From positions 96,001 to 160,000 of the IMG/VR virus record IMGVR_UViG_3300021962_000023: a DNA stretch of 64,000 nt. One strand, given 5' to 3'. This DNA comes from a virus. A model generated the notes under the pieces. That model did no database searches. It had not been told where the DNA came from and saw only the letters and a list, made by a program, of their open reading frames with translations. The translations under genes and the position numbers were made by a program. Positions 9,166 through 19,313 of the stretch are shown here, in pieces. Numbering within the stretch: the first letter of the stretch is position 1; each line of letters opens with the position of its first letter.

Positions 9166-9890
9166 TATATTCCGTAAGTTGTTTTTATTGCATTATAGTT
9201 TTGTGTTATTTCTGAACCCGATAATGCTTTATTATATAATCTCATTTGATAAAATACAGGATAATTTGCCGAATTTGAGTTATTCAGTTTATCAGTTGCA
9301 CCCGTTCCTGCATTGGTGTGTCTTGAACCAAAGTAAAAATTATTTGTTGCATATCCAGCATTTGAACCCAATTTAGTAGTTCCCAATTGAGTACCATTTA
9401 AGTATAAACTACGACTAGTGCCATTTAATACAAAAATCCAATGTCTTATTGAATTACTAGCCGTTATGGTTTCTTGCACCGTTGCACCAGGTCTACCATA
9501 TGTTATAAATGTTGCACCTGGCATATATGCAAAATATCCACTTCCAGCACTATAACTTTCATTACCCCAAATAGTCGCCCAAAATGAAGTTGGGTTAAAT
9601 GATGCTACAATTTCTACTGTCGTAGTTGTACTAGCTATATTGTAAGGAACGCTAATGAAATCAGTTCCAGTATAGTTCGGATTGTTTAATTTTATTCCAC
9701 CACCATTATTAGATACATAAGTTGCGGAACCTGAAATTGTTGCATTGTATCCATTTCCACTTGCATCTGTCCAAGTTGTTCCGGAGGATGGTGCAGTTTG
9801 TAAATTAAATACCAACCCACTACTTACTATTGGAGAAGTTGGAGGTGTTAGTGGTGTTAAATTTATTCCTTGTGTGAATACTATTGCCAT
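9165..9890 (-). CDS. LamG/concanavalin A-like lectin-fold protein
   Basis: HWIFVLNGTSRSLYLNG...FYFGSR...FYQMRLYNKALSGSEITQNYNA is the typical phage Laminin_G_3-type pattern. Confidence 0.8.
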   Translation of the reverse strand: MAIVFTQGINLTPLTPPTSPIVSSGLVFNLQTAPSSGTTWTDASGNGYNATISGSATYVSNNGGGIKLNNPNYTGTDFISVPYNIASTTTTVEIVASFNPTSFWATIWGNESYSAGSGYFAYMPGATFITYGRPGATVQETITASNSIRHWIFVLNGTSRSLYLNGTQLGTTKLGSNAGYATNNFYFGSRHTNAGTGATDKLNNSNSANYPVFYQMRLYNKALSGSEITQNYNAIKTTYGI

Positions 9891-9896
9891 AATATA

Positions 9897-12800
9897 TTAA
9901 ACTAATCTTTCGATTGAAATCATATTGTTATTGTAACTTGCTCCTATTATCATTGTTATTCTCCAAGCAATTCCAGCCGATGTATCCATAAGAGTCCAAG
10001 TATCAACTGCACCTGCGACTGTAAAGTTATATGATGGTATTATATATGCAGGTGTTGTTGTAATAGATAAAGGTGAACCACTTGCGATAGTTGTACCAGA
10101 AATACCACTAAATGAATATACACCACTACCATAAACTGAATATGTTCCGGAGACAGTTGATAATTGTAAACTTCTATTTCCCGTTGATGGTATTCTTGCT
10201 TTCAAATTTCCCAATGTAACATCAACATCCGCATTTACCAATCCACCGGCTTTCCATAATAATTCACCAGCTACACCATTGGGTGCTTTTGTTAAATCAA
10301 CAAATACACCTCTTGCATTTCCACCTTGTTCAAAAATTCTTAATCTATTTTGATACGAGTCTATCGTTACACCACTACCGGTAAGTGAGTTATTTGTTTG
10401 CGATTTTGCTAATAGAATTTCACCACCTTCATCACCACTACCAGTTCCAACTTGTAATACCGATGTTATTAAACTTATAGTAGAACCACTAACTACTAAT
10501 GAACCAGTAATTTGTGCTATACCATTATTTTGTAAATAAAAATTACTTCCACTATTTAAAGTTAAAGATGAACTATTTGCAATAAATGATGAACTAACTA
10601 CGGCGATGGAACTTACATTCAATGAACCCGTAATAGTTTGATTTCCATTAAATGAGTTTGAACCCGTAGTTGCTATTGAACTTGTCCAAATATTTAATGA
10701 AGATGTATATGTTCCTAATGTAGTAAATCTAGATAATACGGATGAACTAAATGTTTCTAAATTTAAAGTTTCAATTAATAAACTTGCAGTTGTAGAGTTT
10801 AAATTTGTAATTGATGTTTGCAATGAACCAGTCTCTGTTTCTAAAACATATCTACTATCAAATGATGATGTTAATTGTGATGAACCACTAACAATGCTTC
10901 TACCAGTGGTTTCATATGAACCACTTACAAATCCAAATGCAGTTATTTGAGCAGAACCACTAATTGTTCCACCTGGAACCGCACTCACACTACCACTTAA
11001 AGTATATCGAGTATCGTATGATGAAGTCAATTGAGATGAGCCTGATACAATACTTCTACCCGTTGTTTCGTAACTACCACTAACAAATCCAAATGCAGTT
11101 ATTTGTGCAGAACTACTAATAGTTCCTGCTACACCACCTGCGCTATTTAATCTACTATTTACAGATGAGCTAAATGCTACAACATCACCAATTCCAAAAA
11201 TTGAACCCGATAATGAACCTGTGATTGAACCACTTGAATCTACATAAATGTTACTACCACTCAATATCATCAAAGAAGAACCTGATGGTAATGAAAATGA
11301 AGAACTTATAGATGTTATAGATGTTACATATAATGCTCCACTTATAATTTGAGAACCACTAAATGTATTAGAACCCGTTGTTAAAGCAGATGCAGTAAAT
11401 GAATTAAATGATGAGGTTGTTGTATAACTACCACTAACAAATCCAAATGCACTAATTTGTGCAGAACCACTTATAGTTCCTGCTGGCGTTGTTCCACTTA
11501 CTACACTTCCACTCAAAGTATAACGAGTATCGTATGAAGCAGTAAGTTGTGATGAACCACTAATTAATCCGTTTGGTAATTGAGCAGAAGAGCTATAAAT
11601 TCCACTACCTTTTAATTCTACCGAACTTGTCCAATTGTTGATTGAAGATGTATATGCATTAAATGAACCAGTTGTTACCATATTACTACCACCACCAACA
11701 TCTACTCTATGTATTGTTGCAATTACGGATGGTACTGCTGGTCTTGTTGGTGAAGTTGCCGATGGTATTGCTGATATTGTTGAATTACCACTTGTAGAAC
11801 TCCACATAATTTCATACACATCGTTTGCGTTTGCTCTATCTTGCCAATTCCAAGCTGCTACTAATTTATGGTTTGATGGAATGGTTACTTGAGTATTACT
11901 ATCTGTTACATTTGTTCCATTTTTTCGTAACCATATATCAACATCTTCCGAACCTGCACCATTTACCATTTGTGCAGAAAACTCAATATCATATGTTCCT
12001 GCTTGTAATACCTTCATACCACCACTACCGGAAAGTATTATACCATCATTATTATCGGTAGTATTTAATTTCATTACATATGCAGTTGATGCAGACCCCG
12101 ATTGAGTAGTTGTATCGTGAAATGTAGCATATGAACCAGTTACAAATGTTCCACTACCGGTAGCAACTGTGACAGATAATGTACTCCCATCACCTTTGGT
12201 GAATAGTATTACATTTGTTGTTGAACTTGCACTTACAAAAGAAGATGCAGTTATAGATGAACTTACAAATCCTAATAAAGTAATTTGTGAAGAACCTGAT
12301 ATTGTTCCGGATGGTGTTGAACTTATACTACCACTTAATGTGTATCTTGTATCAAATGAAGATGTCAATTGAGAGCTACCACTAATTAACCCATTAAAAG
12401 ATTGTTCGTTAGTTGCTGCAATAATTCTACTATTTAATGAAGAACTAAAAGTAGATAGGGATGTTCCCAATTCAGAATAATAAGTCGAACCAGATAAAGA
12501 CCAACTTCCAGTCAGTATTGTATTACCTACTCTAGTTATAGTTCCAATATGATTAAAACTACCACTTAAATATTGGAATGACCCCGTTGCGGCGTTAAAC
12601 GCACCATCGCCTAATAATTGCATACCGCCCGCAGATAGTAAAATATTTCCACTAACATTTGAAAGAGTTGTATCTGGAACACCTGGTGTATCGGATTGAA
12701 TATGAATAGATGCTGATTGAATGAATATATCTGCAAATGGTTTATCTTGTGTTCCTAATGTTGCACCTCTTGCTTCTTTAGGAACAATATTTCCACCTAA

Positions 12801-13775
12801 TTCGGTTGTTCCACTTATGAATAGAGAACCACTTATGGTTTCGTTTCCGTTGAATGTATTTGAACCAGTTGTTGCTAATGAACCCGTATCTATTGTTTGC
12901 GAAGAACTTATAAATCCTAATGCAGTTATTTGTTCCGAACCACTAATTGTTCCAATAGGTATAGTTGGAATTGAGTTGATTATATTGGTTAGATTATCAG
13001 TTATAGTATGACCGGTTGAGTTATTAACTGTATTCGTATCACCAATAACTCCTGCTAAATATCCATCGGTAACAATTCCATTTCCTGCGTTCGAAGAACC
13101 AATATAAACTGCACCATCTGCATTAAAAACTATATCACTATTGGTTGCATGTAATGTTATTTCTCCATTAGTAATTGTACCATTTGTAAATGTGAAATCT
13201 GCAATATCCGTAGATTGTGAAACTATACCAGATGGTATGTTTGCTATATTATCCCAAGTTGTTTGTGCAATACTCCCACTTAAAACATATCTTTCATCAT
13301 ACGAAGATGTTAATTGAGAACTGCCACTTATTAATCCATTAAAAGATTGCTCATTTGTAGCCGCTACAATTTCGGTATGTATTGATGCTGAAAAATCATT
13401 AAATGAAGATGTTTGTAATCTTGCATTTATTCCATTTGTGAATGCAGAATTTAATGTATTTTGTGAAGATGTAAATGAATTTAAAGAAGTTATATCGGTA
13501 TGCGATGAACTTATAAATCCAAATGCAGATATTTGCGCCGATGAACTTATTGTTCCATTTGGTATGGAGCTTGCACTATACGATGATGTATATAATTCCA
13601 ATGCATCCAATCGTAAATCGGTAGAGCGTGATACCATATTTATAATAGCATCTTCTAACACATCCAATGTTACTTTATAAGTAGTACCATTATCAACGCC
13701 AACTAATGTGGTTTGCAATGATGCACTTTCTAATGCAGTTAATTCTGATATTCTCTTTGATTGTTTTAATGCCAT
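9897..13775 (-). CDS. Large Ser/Gly/Thr-rich fibre protein with internal BclA/C1q-like domain (1292 aa)
   Basis: KRISELTAL N-terminus; repeated GTISGSAQITAFGFVSGS and SGSSQLTSSYDTRY units; GTYDIEFSAQ...VDIWLRKNG jelly-roll-like segment. Confidence 0.7.
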   Translation of the reverse strand: MALKQSKRISELTALESASLQTTLVGVDNGTTYKVTLDVLEDAIINMVSRSTDLRLDALELYTSSYSASSIPNGTISSSAQISAFGFISSSHTDITSLNSFTSSQNTLNSAFTNGINARLQTSSFNDFSASIHTEIVAATNEQSFNGLISGSSQLTSSYDERYVLSGSIAQTTWDNIANIPSGIVSQSTDIADFTFTNGTITNGEITLHATNSDIVFNADGAVYIGSSNAGNGIVTDGYLAGVIGDTNTVNNSTGHTITDNLTNIINSIPTIPIGTISGSEQITALGFISSSQTIDTGSLATTGSNTFNGNETISGSLFISGTTELGGNIVPKEARGATLGTQDKPFADIFIQSASIHIQSDTPGVPDTTLSNVSGNILLSAGGMQLLGDGAFNAATGSFQYLSGSFNHIGTITRVGNTILTGSWSLSGSTYYSELGTSLSTFSSSLNSRIIAATNEQSFNGLISGSSQLTSSFDTRYTLSGSISSTPSGTISGSSQITLLGFVSSSITASSFVSASSTTNVILFTKGDGSTLSVTVATGSGTFVTGSYATFHDTTTQSGSASTAYVMKLNTTDNNDGIILSGSGGMKVLQAGTYDIEFSAQMVNGAGSEDVDIWLRKNGTNVTDSNTQVTIPSNHKLVAAWNWQDRANANDVYEIMWSSTSGNSTISAIPSATSPTRPAVPSVIATIHRVDVGGGSNMVTTGSFNAYTSSINNWTSSVELKGSGIYSSSAQLPNGLISGSSQLTASYDTRYTLSGSVVSGTTPAGTISGSAQISAFGFVSGSYTTTSSFNSFTASALTTGSNTFSGSQIISGALYVTSITSISSSFSLPSGSSLMILSGSNIYVDSSGSITGSLSGSIFGIGDVVAFSSSVNSRLNSAGGVAGTISSSAQITAFGFVSGSYETTGRSIVSGSSQLTSSYDTRYTLSGSVSAVPGGTISGSAQITAFGFVSGSYETTGRSIVSGSSQLTSSFDSRYVLETETGSLQTSITNLNSTTASLLIETLNLETFSSSVLSRFTTLGTYTSSLNIWTSSIATTGSNSFNGNQTITGSLNVSSIAVVSSSFIANSSSLTLNSGSNFYLQNNGIAQITGSLVVSGSTISLITSVLQVGTGSGDEGGEILLAKSQTNNSLTGSGVTIDSYQNRLRIFEQGGNARGVFVDLTKAPNGVAGELLWKAGGLVNADVDVTLGNLKARIPSTGNRSLQLSTVSGTYSVYGSGVYSFSGISGTTIASGSPLSITTTPAYIIPSYNFTVAGAVDTWTLMDTSAGIAWRITMIIGASYNNNMISIERLV
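10861..11120 (-). repeat. Tandem ~156-bp (52-aa) coding duplication
   Basis: GTISxSAQITAFGFVSGSYETTGRSIVSGSSQLTSS occurs twice in succession. Confidence 0.8.
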
Positions 13776-13779
13776 TCTA

Positions 13780-14445
13780 TTATATAATTATTTCTTCACC
13801 ATCTTCGGTTAATAAATCTATTAAATTTTCAGTATCTAAATTGATATTCGCAAATTTACCACAAACATAAATATCATTGATTGTAGTATTATCAAAATCA
13901 ACATAGTTATCATTTAATAATATTACAACATTATTATTAATTTGTTTTACATCGAAATCAGTTGGAATATGCAATCCAAACATAAATATTTCAAAATTCT
14001 CAGCCGTAACATCTTCCGTACCATAATCTAATAATGTATTTTTTATAATTAATGCATTATTTGGAACATCAAATTCACTAATTGCTTTTTGTATATTTCT
14101 AGCACTATATTCAAATATTTGAGAATTAAAATCATTTATAACATTATCATTATTAACAATTTTAATTGGATTTGGATTAGAACGAGTATGAGATTGTAAT
14201 GATTGCGAAGTTGGTAATTGTATATTCATTAAACTCGCAGTCAAATATGATTCGGTATTTAAATTATTTGAATTTACAACTGAACTAAATACTGATTGTT
14301 TAGCTTTTGATTGATATTTGGTAGAAGATGGTATTTCTATTTTCAATAAACTACCTGTTAAATCGGAATCGACAAGATTATTTGGATTGATTTTTGCAAT
14401 CACTCTATTCAATTTTCTTGTATTTGATGAAAATTGTCTAAGCAT
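13780..14445 (-). CDS. Hypothetical virion protein
   Basis: Co-transcribed with the neck genes; C-terminal beta domain similar to the next two ORFs; ends with an LLTEDGE motif. Confidence 0.5.
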   Translation of the reverse strand: MLRQFSSNTRKLNRVIAKINPNNLVDSDLTGSLLKIEIPSSTKYQSKAKQSVFSSVVNSNNLNTESYLTASLMNIQLPTSQSLQSHTRSNPNPIKIVNNDNVINDFNSQIFEYSARNIQKAISEFDVPNNALIIKNTLLDYGTEDVTAENFEIFMFGLHIPTDFDVKQINNNVVILLNDNYVDFDNTTINDIYVCGKFANINLDTENLIDLLTEDGEEIII

Positions 14446-14767
14446 ATTGTTCGATATCTCCTTTTATTTCTATGTAATCATCAGTGTCTAACTGATATTC
14501 AAAATTGTTCTTTATAAATTTAACCAATAATCCATCGCCACCTTGCTCTATTACATAGTCTCTAGCCGAAATATTTTGAGTATTTACATATATTGTAACT
14601 CTATCTTGAGTTGTTCTAAGTTCTATTTCTCGTAATACATCAACAAATTTATATCCTTTTGCTTCGAAAATCCAATAGGTAGAATTATCCAAATCTTTCG
14701 TAGTTAATACGACTTTAGTTGGAGTTCTACTTATTTTTTTTGTTATGTCTAATAGACTTCGTTTCAT
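14438..14767 (-). CDS. Hypothetical virion protein (small beta domain)
   Basis: Translationally coupled overlaps with both neighbours. Confidence 0.5.
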   Translation of the reverse strand: MKRSLLDITKKISRTPTKVVLTTKDLDNSTYWIFEAKGYKFVDVLREIELRTTQDRVTIYVNTQNISARDYVIEQGGDGLLVKFIKNNFEYQLDTDDYIEIKGDIEQYA

Positions 14768-15885
14768 TATAAATCGACAAATTTACCAGTTATAATAACT
14801 TCATCGGTAGGAGTTACATTGAATCCCAAATTAGCTGGAATGAAATTAATTGTAAAACTTGTAGTTGTTATTGTAACAGTGAAATGTGTTGTTTGATTAT
14901 ATTTAACACCATTTATGTATACTTTTATGTCATATGTCAATCCAGCCACAGATAATCCAGCCGTTACTACCGATGCCAATTGTTCTGGTGTTTTTATTAA
15001 TTTTATATCAGTAAATGTTATAGTATTATCCGAAACAGCATTACCTATTCTACTATTATTCAATGAAAGAAAGTCTACCAAATCTTTATTATCATAATAA
15101 GGAGATGGTGTAGTTAATAATCCCTCCAATCTACCATTTGCAGTTGCATCCGTTTCAGTTGATACTACTACTTTTTTAAGACTATATGATTTTTTAGTTG
15201 TAGATTCTCCATCGAATTTATCTGGCAATAAATAAGCTTTAACATTTAGTGTAAATTCTACTCTATTAATTCTTTCAGTTCCTTCACCTACTTCATTTAT
15301 TACATTATAATCTGCAATTGTAGTTCTGAATTTATATTTTTTCTTATCACCCCAGTAATCAGTAGTAAATGTAAGATTTTCAATAATTTTATTAAGATGT
15401 TCTGTAAATGATGTCCAAGCCATACAATCGTAGTTTATTTCTACATATTCCGGCATTGTTACATTGTATAATTCATACGATGGTCTTGTATTACCCAATA
15501 AAGTAAATCTATCGTATCTATTATTTTTATTCCATTTGGTTACAGTTTGATATGAAACATGATTATTTAGCATTGGCATGGATTCATCCTTTGCAATCGA
15601 TGTTCTTCTAATCATCATTAAAGGTAATTGTATTTTACCTTTTATATCTCTAAATATACCCTCTCTTCTCGCACCATTCCATCTTTCCGAATTGCCATAA
15701 ATTACAGGTATCTTTACAACATTACCATCACCTTCTTCCAATGTAGGTAATGCAACATCTTCTAAGTAAGACATCATAGCATAATCGATATCAAATAACG
15801 ATACCGAATGCTTTATATCGGTTTTTTCCGATTTTATTTGCTTTGCTCTATTTAATTCCGGTCTAATTGGATTTGATGCTGGCAT
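14767..15885 (-). CDS. gp15: T4 gp15-like tail terminator/sheath stabiliser with C-terminal extension
   Basis: KIPVIYG...QLPLMMIRRT...PEYVEINYDCMAWT...NKIIE parallels the gp15 pattern; located directly after the gp13/gp14-like genes. Confidence 0.65.
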   Translation of the reverse strand: MPASNPIRPELNRAKQIKSEKTDIKHSVSLFDIDYAMMSYLEDVALPTLEEGDGNVVKIPVIYGNSERWNGARREGIFRDIKGKIQLPLMMIRRTSIAKDESMPMLNNHVSYQTVTKWNKNNRYDRFTLLGNTRPSYELYNVTMPEYVEINYDCMAWTSFTEHLNKIIENLTFTTDYWGDKKKYKFRTTIADYNVINEVGEGTERINRVEFTLNVKAYLLPDKFDGESTTKKSYSLKKVVVSTETDATANGRLEGLLTTPSPYYDNKDLVDFLSLNNSRIGNAVSDNTITFTDIKLIKTPEQLASVVTAGLSVAGLTYDIKVYINGVKYNQTTHFTVTITTTSFTINFIPANLGFNVTPTDEVIITGKFVDL

Positions 15886-15893
15886 ATTTTAAT

Positions 15894-16349
15894 TTATTTT
15901 ACTCTTGCTTCTATATTTAAATCCGATTTTCTAGTCATAAATGCCGTACAAACTATACTATAATTGTTATCAGGCTGTCCTCCTATAAATTGAATTTCAT
16001 TTGTGTTATCAATTTCATAATAAGATTGGTCAAAGAAAATCATATCACCAATTTCAGGATATATACCTTTTTCTTCGCAAGTCAATTTATCTAACTTAAA
16101 AGTTATTGTCTGAGAATTATCAGGTCCAAATCCTTCATATACTACATTTTCAGGCTCTTTATCTACTATACAATACATTTCAACACCCGGATACCAAGTT
16201 TTATTTAGGGATTCACCATAAATATTTACTTTACTTTCGTATGTGTTTACTTTAAATAATACAATAGCTGTTTGGATGACTGTATCAACCAATTCTCTAC
16301 TTACACTTCTAAAGAAATCAATATCTCTACCTACTAAAAACTTTGGCAT
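15894..16349 (-). CDS. gp14: T4 gp14-like head completion/neck protein
   Basis: IYGES...PEIGDMIFF...YEID motif and position between the gp13- and gp15-like genes. Confidence 0.55.
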   Translation of the reverse strand: MPKFLVGRDIDFFRSVSRELVDTVIQTAIVLFKVNTYESKVNIYGESLNKTWYPGVEMYCIVDKEPENVVYEGFGPDNSQTITFKLDKLTCEEKGIYPEIGDMIFFDQSYYEIDNTNEIQFIGGQPDNNYSIVCTAFMTRKSDLNIEARVK

Positions 16350-16350
16350 A

Positions 16351-17580
16351 TTATCCTACATATATTTTTAAAGGAACTTTTCTTAACATTTCTTGATGGT
16401 GAGTTGATTCATGTGCTTGTTTTTCAAATACATTTTTTCTACTCATTTCCTCCAAATTTTCTCTCAATTGAGTCATCAACATATCTTTCTCTACCTGTGC
16501 CTCTGCTCTCAATGCTGCCCCATCTAAGGATACTTCCCCATCTGGTATAGGTACTGAACTATATTTCTCTCTAATCGCTCCTAATAGTTCTTTTGATAAT
16601 GCTAATGTATATTTTCTAATCCATTGTTTACCTACATCATTTATATCCGAATATTGAATAAAATCGTATGGAATATCTGAATAATCCGAAAGTGAATCCG
16701 ATTGAATAGTTTGAGAATCATGTTCAAATTCATCTCTACTCATATATTCTATATACACTCTACTAACAGTGCCAGTAGTTGGTATAGGGAATATTTCCAA
16801 TTTATTGTCTACTATATTAAATGTATGTGCCGATTTACGAATGTGGTCATTGAATTCAATTTGTTGCATTCTTAATACATCCTCATAAATTGGCATCATT
16901 AAGAATTGTGCAGCAGGAGAGAAGTTTCCAAATCCTAATTCACTCATTAAGTTTAGAGTTCCTTGTGCACCAACTGAATATGGGTCAAAGAAACGAGCAA
17001 TAGCAGGAGTTGCCTCATGAAATACTCTAGTCACATCTATCGTAGACCCTCCACTAAAAATTGTAGAAAACGATGCAGAGGCACTTCCACTTGCTTCCAA
17101 CATTTCAACATCAACTGCTTCTTTCATTATATCATATTTCTGCTTTCCAGGCGTTAATTCGATATATGCTTTTTTAATTGCAGTTGAACCACCTACTCCC
17201 GCTTGAGTTCCGTATTGTTGTGCCATACGAATAGCAGTAGGTAAGAATGAACCATCAACTAAGGTTTGCGAATAGTTTGCAATTTTACCTTTTGGTTGAC
17301 CTCTTAAAATATCTAAGTTATTTCTAAGATTGAATTGATTTACTTGTGCAGAATATTCCGAAGTTGCTTCTTCAAAACATGCCCAAATTTGTTGATTATC
17401 CAACTCAATATTTACAATAGGATACCCCAATCGCTTTGCTACCCATGTAGCAGTTTTGGGAGCATCATTTCTAAAATCAGTATCAGTATCATACAACCCA
17501 AATGGAGTTGCTTCCGATGATGCCACCGATGCCGAAAATGCTGCCACTGTTGAGCCAGACCAGTATGTGTTTACAGACAT
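16351..17580 (-). CDS. gp13: T4 gp13-like neck (head-tail adaptor) protein
   Basis: RLGYPIVNIELDNQQ N-terminal motif and C-terminal WIRKYTLALSKELLG...VSLDGAALRAEAQVEK, both characteristic of gp13. Confidence 0.8.
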   Translation of the reverse strand: MSVNTYWSGSTVAAFSASVASSEATPFGLYDTDTDFRNDAPKTATWVAKRLGYPIVNIELDNQQIWACFEEATSEYSAQVNQFNLRNNLDILRGQPKGKIANYSQTLVDGSFLPTAIRMAQQYGTQAGVGGSTAIKKAYIELTPGKQKYDIMKEAVDVEMLEASGSASASFSTIFSGGSTIDVTRVFHEATPAIARFFDPYSVGAQGTLNLMSELGFGNFSPAAQFLMMPIYEDVLRMQQIEFNDHIRKSAHTFNIVDNKLEIFPIPTTGTVSRVYIEYMSRDEFEHDSQTIQSDSLSDYSDIPYDFIQYSDINDVGKQWIRKYTLALSKELLGAIREKYSSVPIPDGEVSLDGAALRAEAQVEKDMLMTQLRENLEEMSRKNVFEKQAHESTHHQEMLRKVPLKIYVG

Positions 17581-17604
17581 ATCTAAAATTTATAGTTTTA
17601 CTAC

Positions 17605-17613
17605 TATAAATAT
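17605..17613 (-). promoter_or_regulatory. Putative phage late-promoter motif ATATTTATA
   Basis: Lies between the capsid terminator and ATG 17580. Confidence 0.55.
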
Positions 17614-17624
17614 GATATTAAAAT

Positions 17625-17656
17625 AAAAAAAAGGGATAACTTTCGTTACCCCTTTT
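17625..17656 (-). terminator. Intrinsic terminator after the major capsid gene
   Basis: GGGGTAAC-GAAA-GTTATCCC stem with GNRA loop, followed by T8. Confidence 0.85.
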
Positions 17657-17679
17657 CTTATTACTCTAATCCGTTAAGA

Positions 17680-19284
17680 TTACAAAGTGTTTAAACCATC
17701 AATTACGATTTTACCGTAGAATTCTGGTCTAACAATTTTCTTAGCGTAACGAGTCATAACTCCTCTTCTTGGAGTGAAGTTAGTTGGGTCGTACACTAAA
17801 GGAGTCATAATCAACGGAACATATGGAGCGTAAACAGCACCTGTTTCGAAGAAGTTAGAACCTTTGAAACCTAATAAGATAACATTTTCTGTCATATAAG
17901 GATTCTTATAAACATCGTATCTATTAGAGATTGAACCGATGTTAGTTACACCTGCTGAGAAAGTTAATGCATCTTTCGATGGATTTGCAGAGAAACCATT
18001 CATTGATTCTAAGATAGTTGCTACATTAGGAGAAACAACGATGAAGTTTGCTCCGCCTCTCATAGTTAATTGGTGAATCTTATTAGAAATCTTTTGTAAT
18101 TTGATTCCTAAAGTTTGATACCAAGTAGATTTTGTGTAAGCTTGACCTGTGAATGAATCAACAGTGAAACCTGCACCATTCCAATCGTATCCAACTCTTG
18201 CAGACCAGTATTCAGTTGTGAATGCGTTTTGCTGTAACATCTCTAAGATTTCTAAATCAATCTCTAAAGAGATGTATTCAGATAACATTTGAGTTAATTC
18301 AGCTTCTGCATCAACAGAGTGGTATGCGTTTAAGTCTTGCGCTAATTCAGGAGTCCAAATTGCTTTCAACTTACGAGTCTTAGCCACGATAGGCTCAGAT
18401 TTCAATTCTAATTCGATTTCTGGAATTGCTAAGTCAGTTCCTCTATCTTCAAAATCTCCACGAGAGATATCAGTAGGTTGTACATGGTATGCTAAAGAAG
18501 CACCATTTGCACCTGCTGAACCTGTACCAGTCACAGTTGCAACGAATTCCACATTAGAACCATTCTTAGTAGTGTATTGAGGGAAGAAAGTTGAAGAACC
18601 TGAAACTAATGATAATTCAAAAGCTCTTACACCATTGAAATCAGCATCAGATGGTAAAGCCACAGTTACTTTCTTTAAAGTGTTTGCTGCATATGATGCA
18701 GAAACAGTAGCATCAGATAAATCATAATCAATATCACCCAAAGATGCAGATGCAACAGTTGCAGTGATAGCAGCAGTTGCATTATTGATTGTATATCCAA
18801 AACGGCCTGCTCCATACAAACCACCTGTTGTAGCTTGAGTAGAACCTAATTTATTTCCTGCTGGAGATAAAGAATCTTTACCTGCAGTACCACCATCACC
18901 AAATAATGATGAACCTGTGAAGTTAGGGTTACCTGCTGGGTTAGAACCATATTTGAAGTCCATGTAGAAAATAAGACCTGAAGGTAAGTTCATTGGTTGA
19001 ACTGAAACGAATTCTTTAGAAGCGATAGAACCGAAGATTCTTCTTACTAAAGGTAACGCAACACCAGCCCACTCTTCAGAACCTGAAGATGTACCTGTTC
19101 TTGTAGCCTCATCTAATAATTGTTTAGCTTGGTTTTCTAACATTACTGCCATACCATGCTTAGTTGTTTCAGAACCTGCGTTCTCTAACAAACCTGTTTT
19201 TTCCCACTTTGCTTTCAAACCTCTAGTTTGCTCAAGCATAATGCTTTGTGGGTTAGCGCCGTTCATTAATTTTTTTAAGTCCAT
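17680..19284 (-). CDS. gp23: Major capsid protein, T4 gp23 family
   Basis: VSVQPMNLPSGLIFY, KTRKLKAxWTPELAQDL, EIDLEIL, YAPYVPL, PRRGVMTRY are canonical gp23 motifs. Confidence 0.97.
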   Translation of the reverse strand: MDLKKLMNGANPQSIMLEQTRGLKAKWEKTGLLENAGSETTKHGMAVMLENQAKQLLDEATRTGTSSGSEEWAGVALPLVRRIFGSIASKEFVSVQPMNLPSGLIFYMDFKYGSNPAGNPNFTGSSLFGDGGTAGKDSLSPAGNKLGSTQATTGGLYGAGRFGYTINNATAAITATVASASLGDIDYDLSDATVSASYAANTLKKVTVALPSDADFNGVRAFELSLVSGSSTFFPQYTTKNGSNVEFVATVTGTGSAGANGASLAYHVQPTDISRGDFEDRGTDLAIPEIELELKSEPIVAKTRKLKAIWTPELAQDLNAYHSVDAEAELTQMLSEYISLEIDLEILEMLQQNAFTTEYWSARVGYDWNGAGFTVDSFTGQAYTKSTWYQTLGIKLQKISNKIHQLTMRGGANFIVVSPNVATILESMNGFSANPSKDALTFSAGVTNIGSISNRYDVYKNPYMTENVILLGFKGSNFFETGAVYAPYVPLIMTPLVYDPTNFTPRRGVMTRYAKKIVRPEFYGKIVIDGLNTL

Positions 19285-19313
19285 TTTAAATGAATTTATT
19301 TTTTTGTTGTTAA

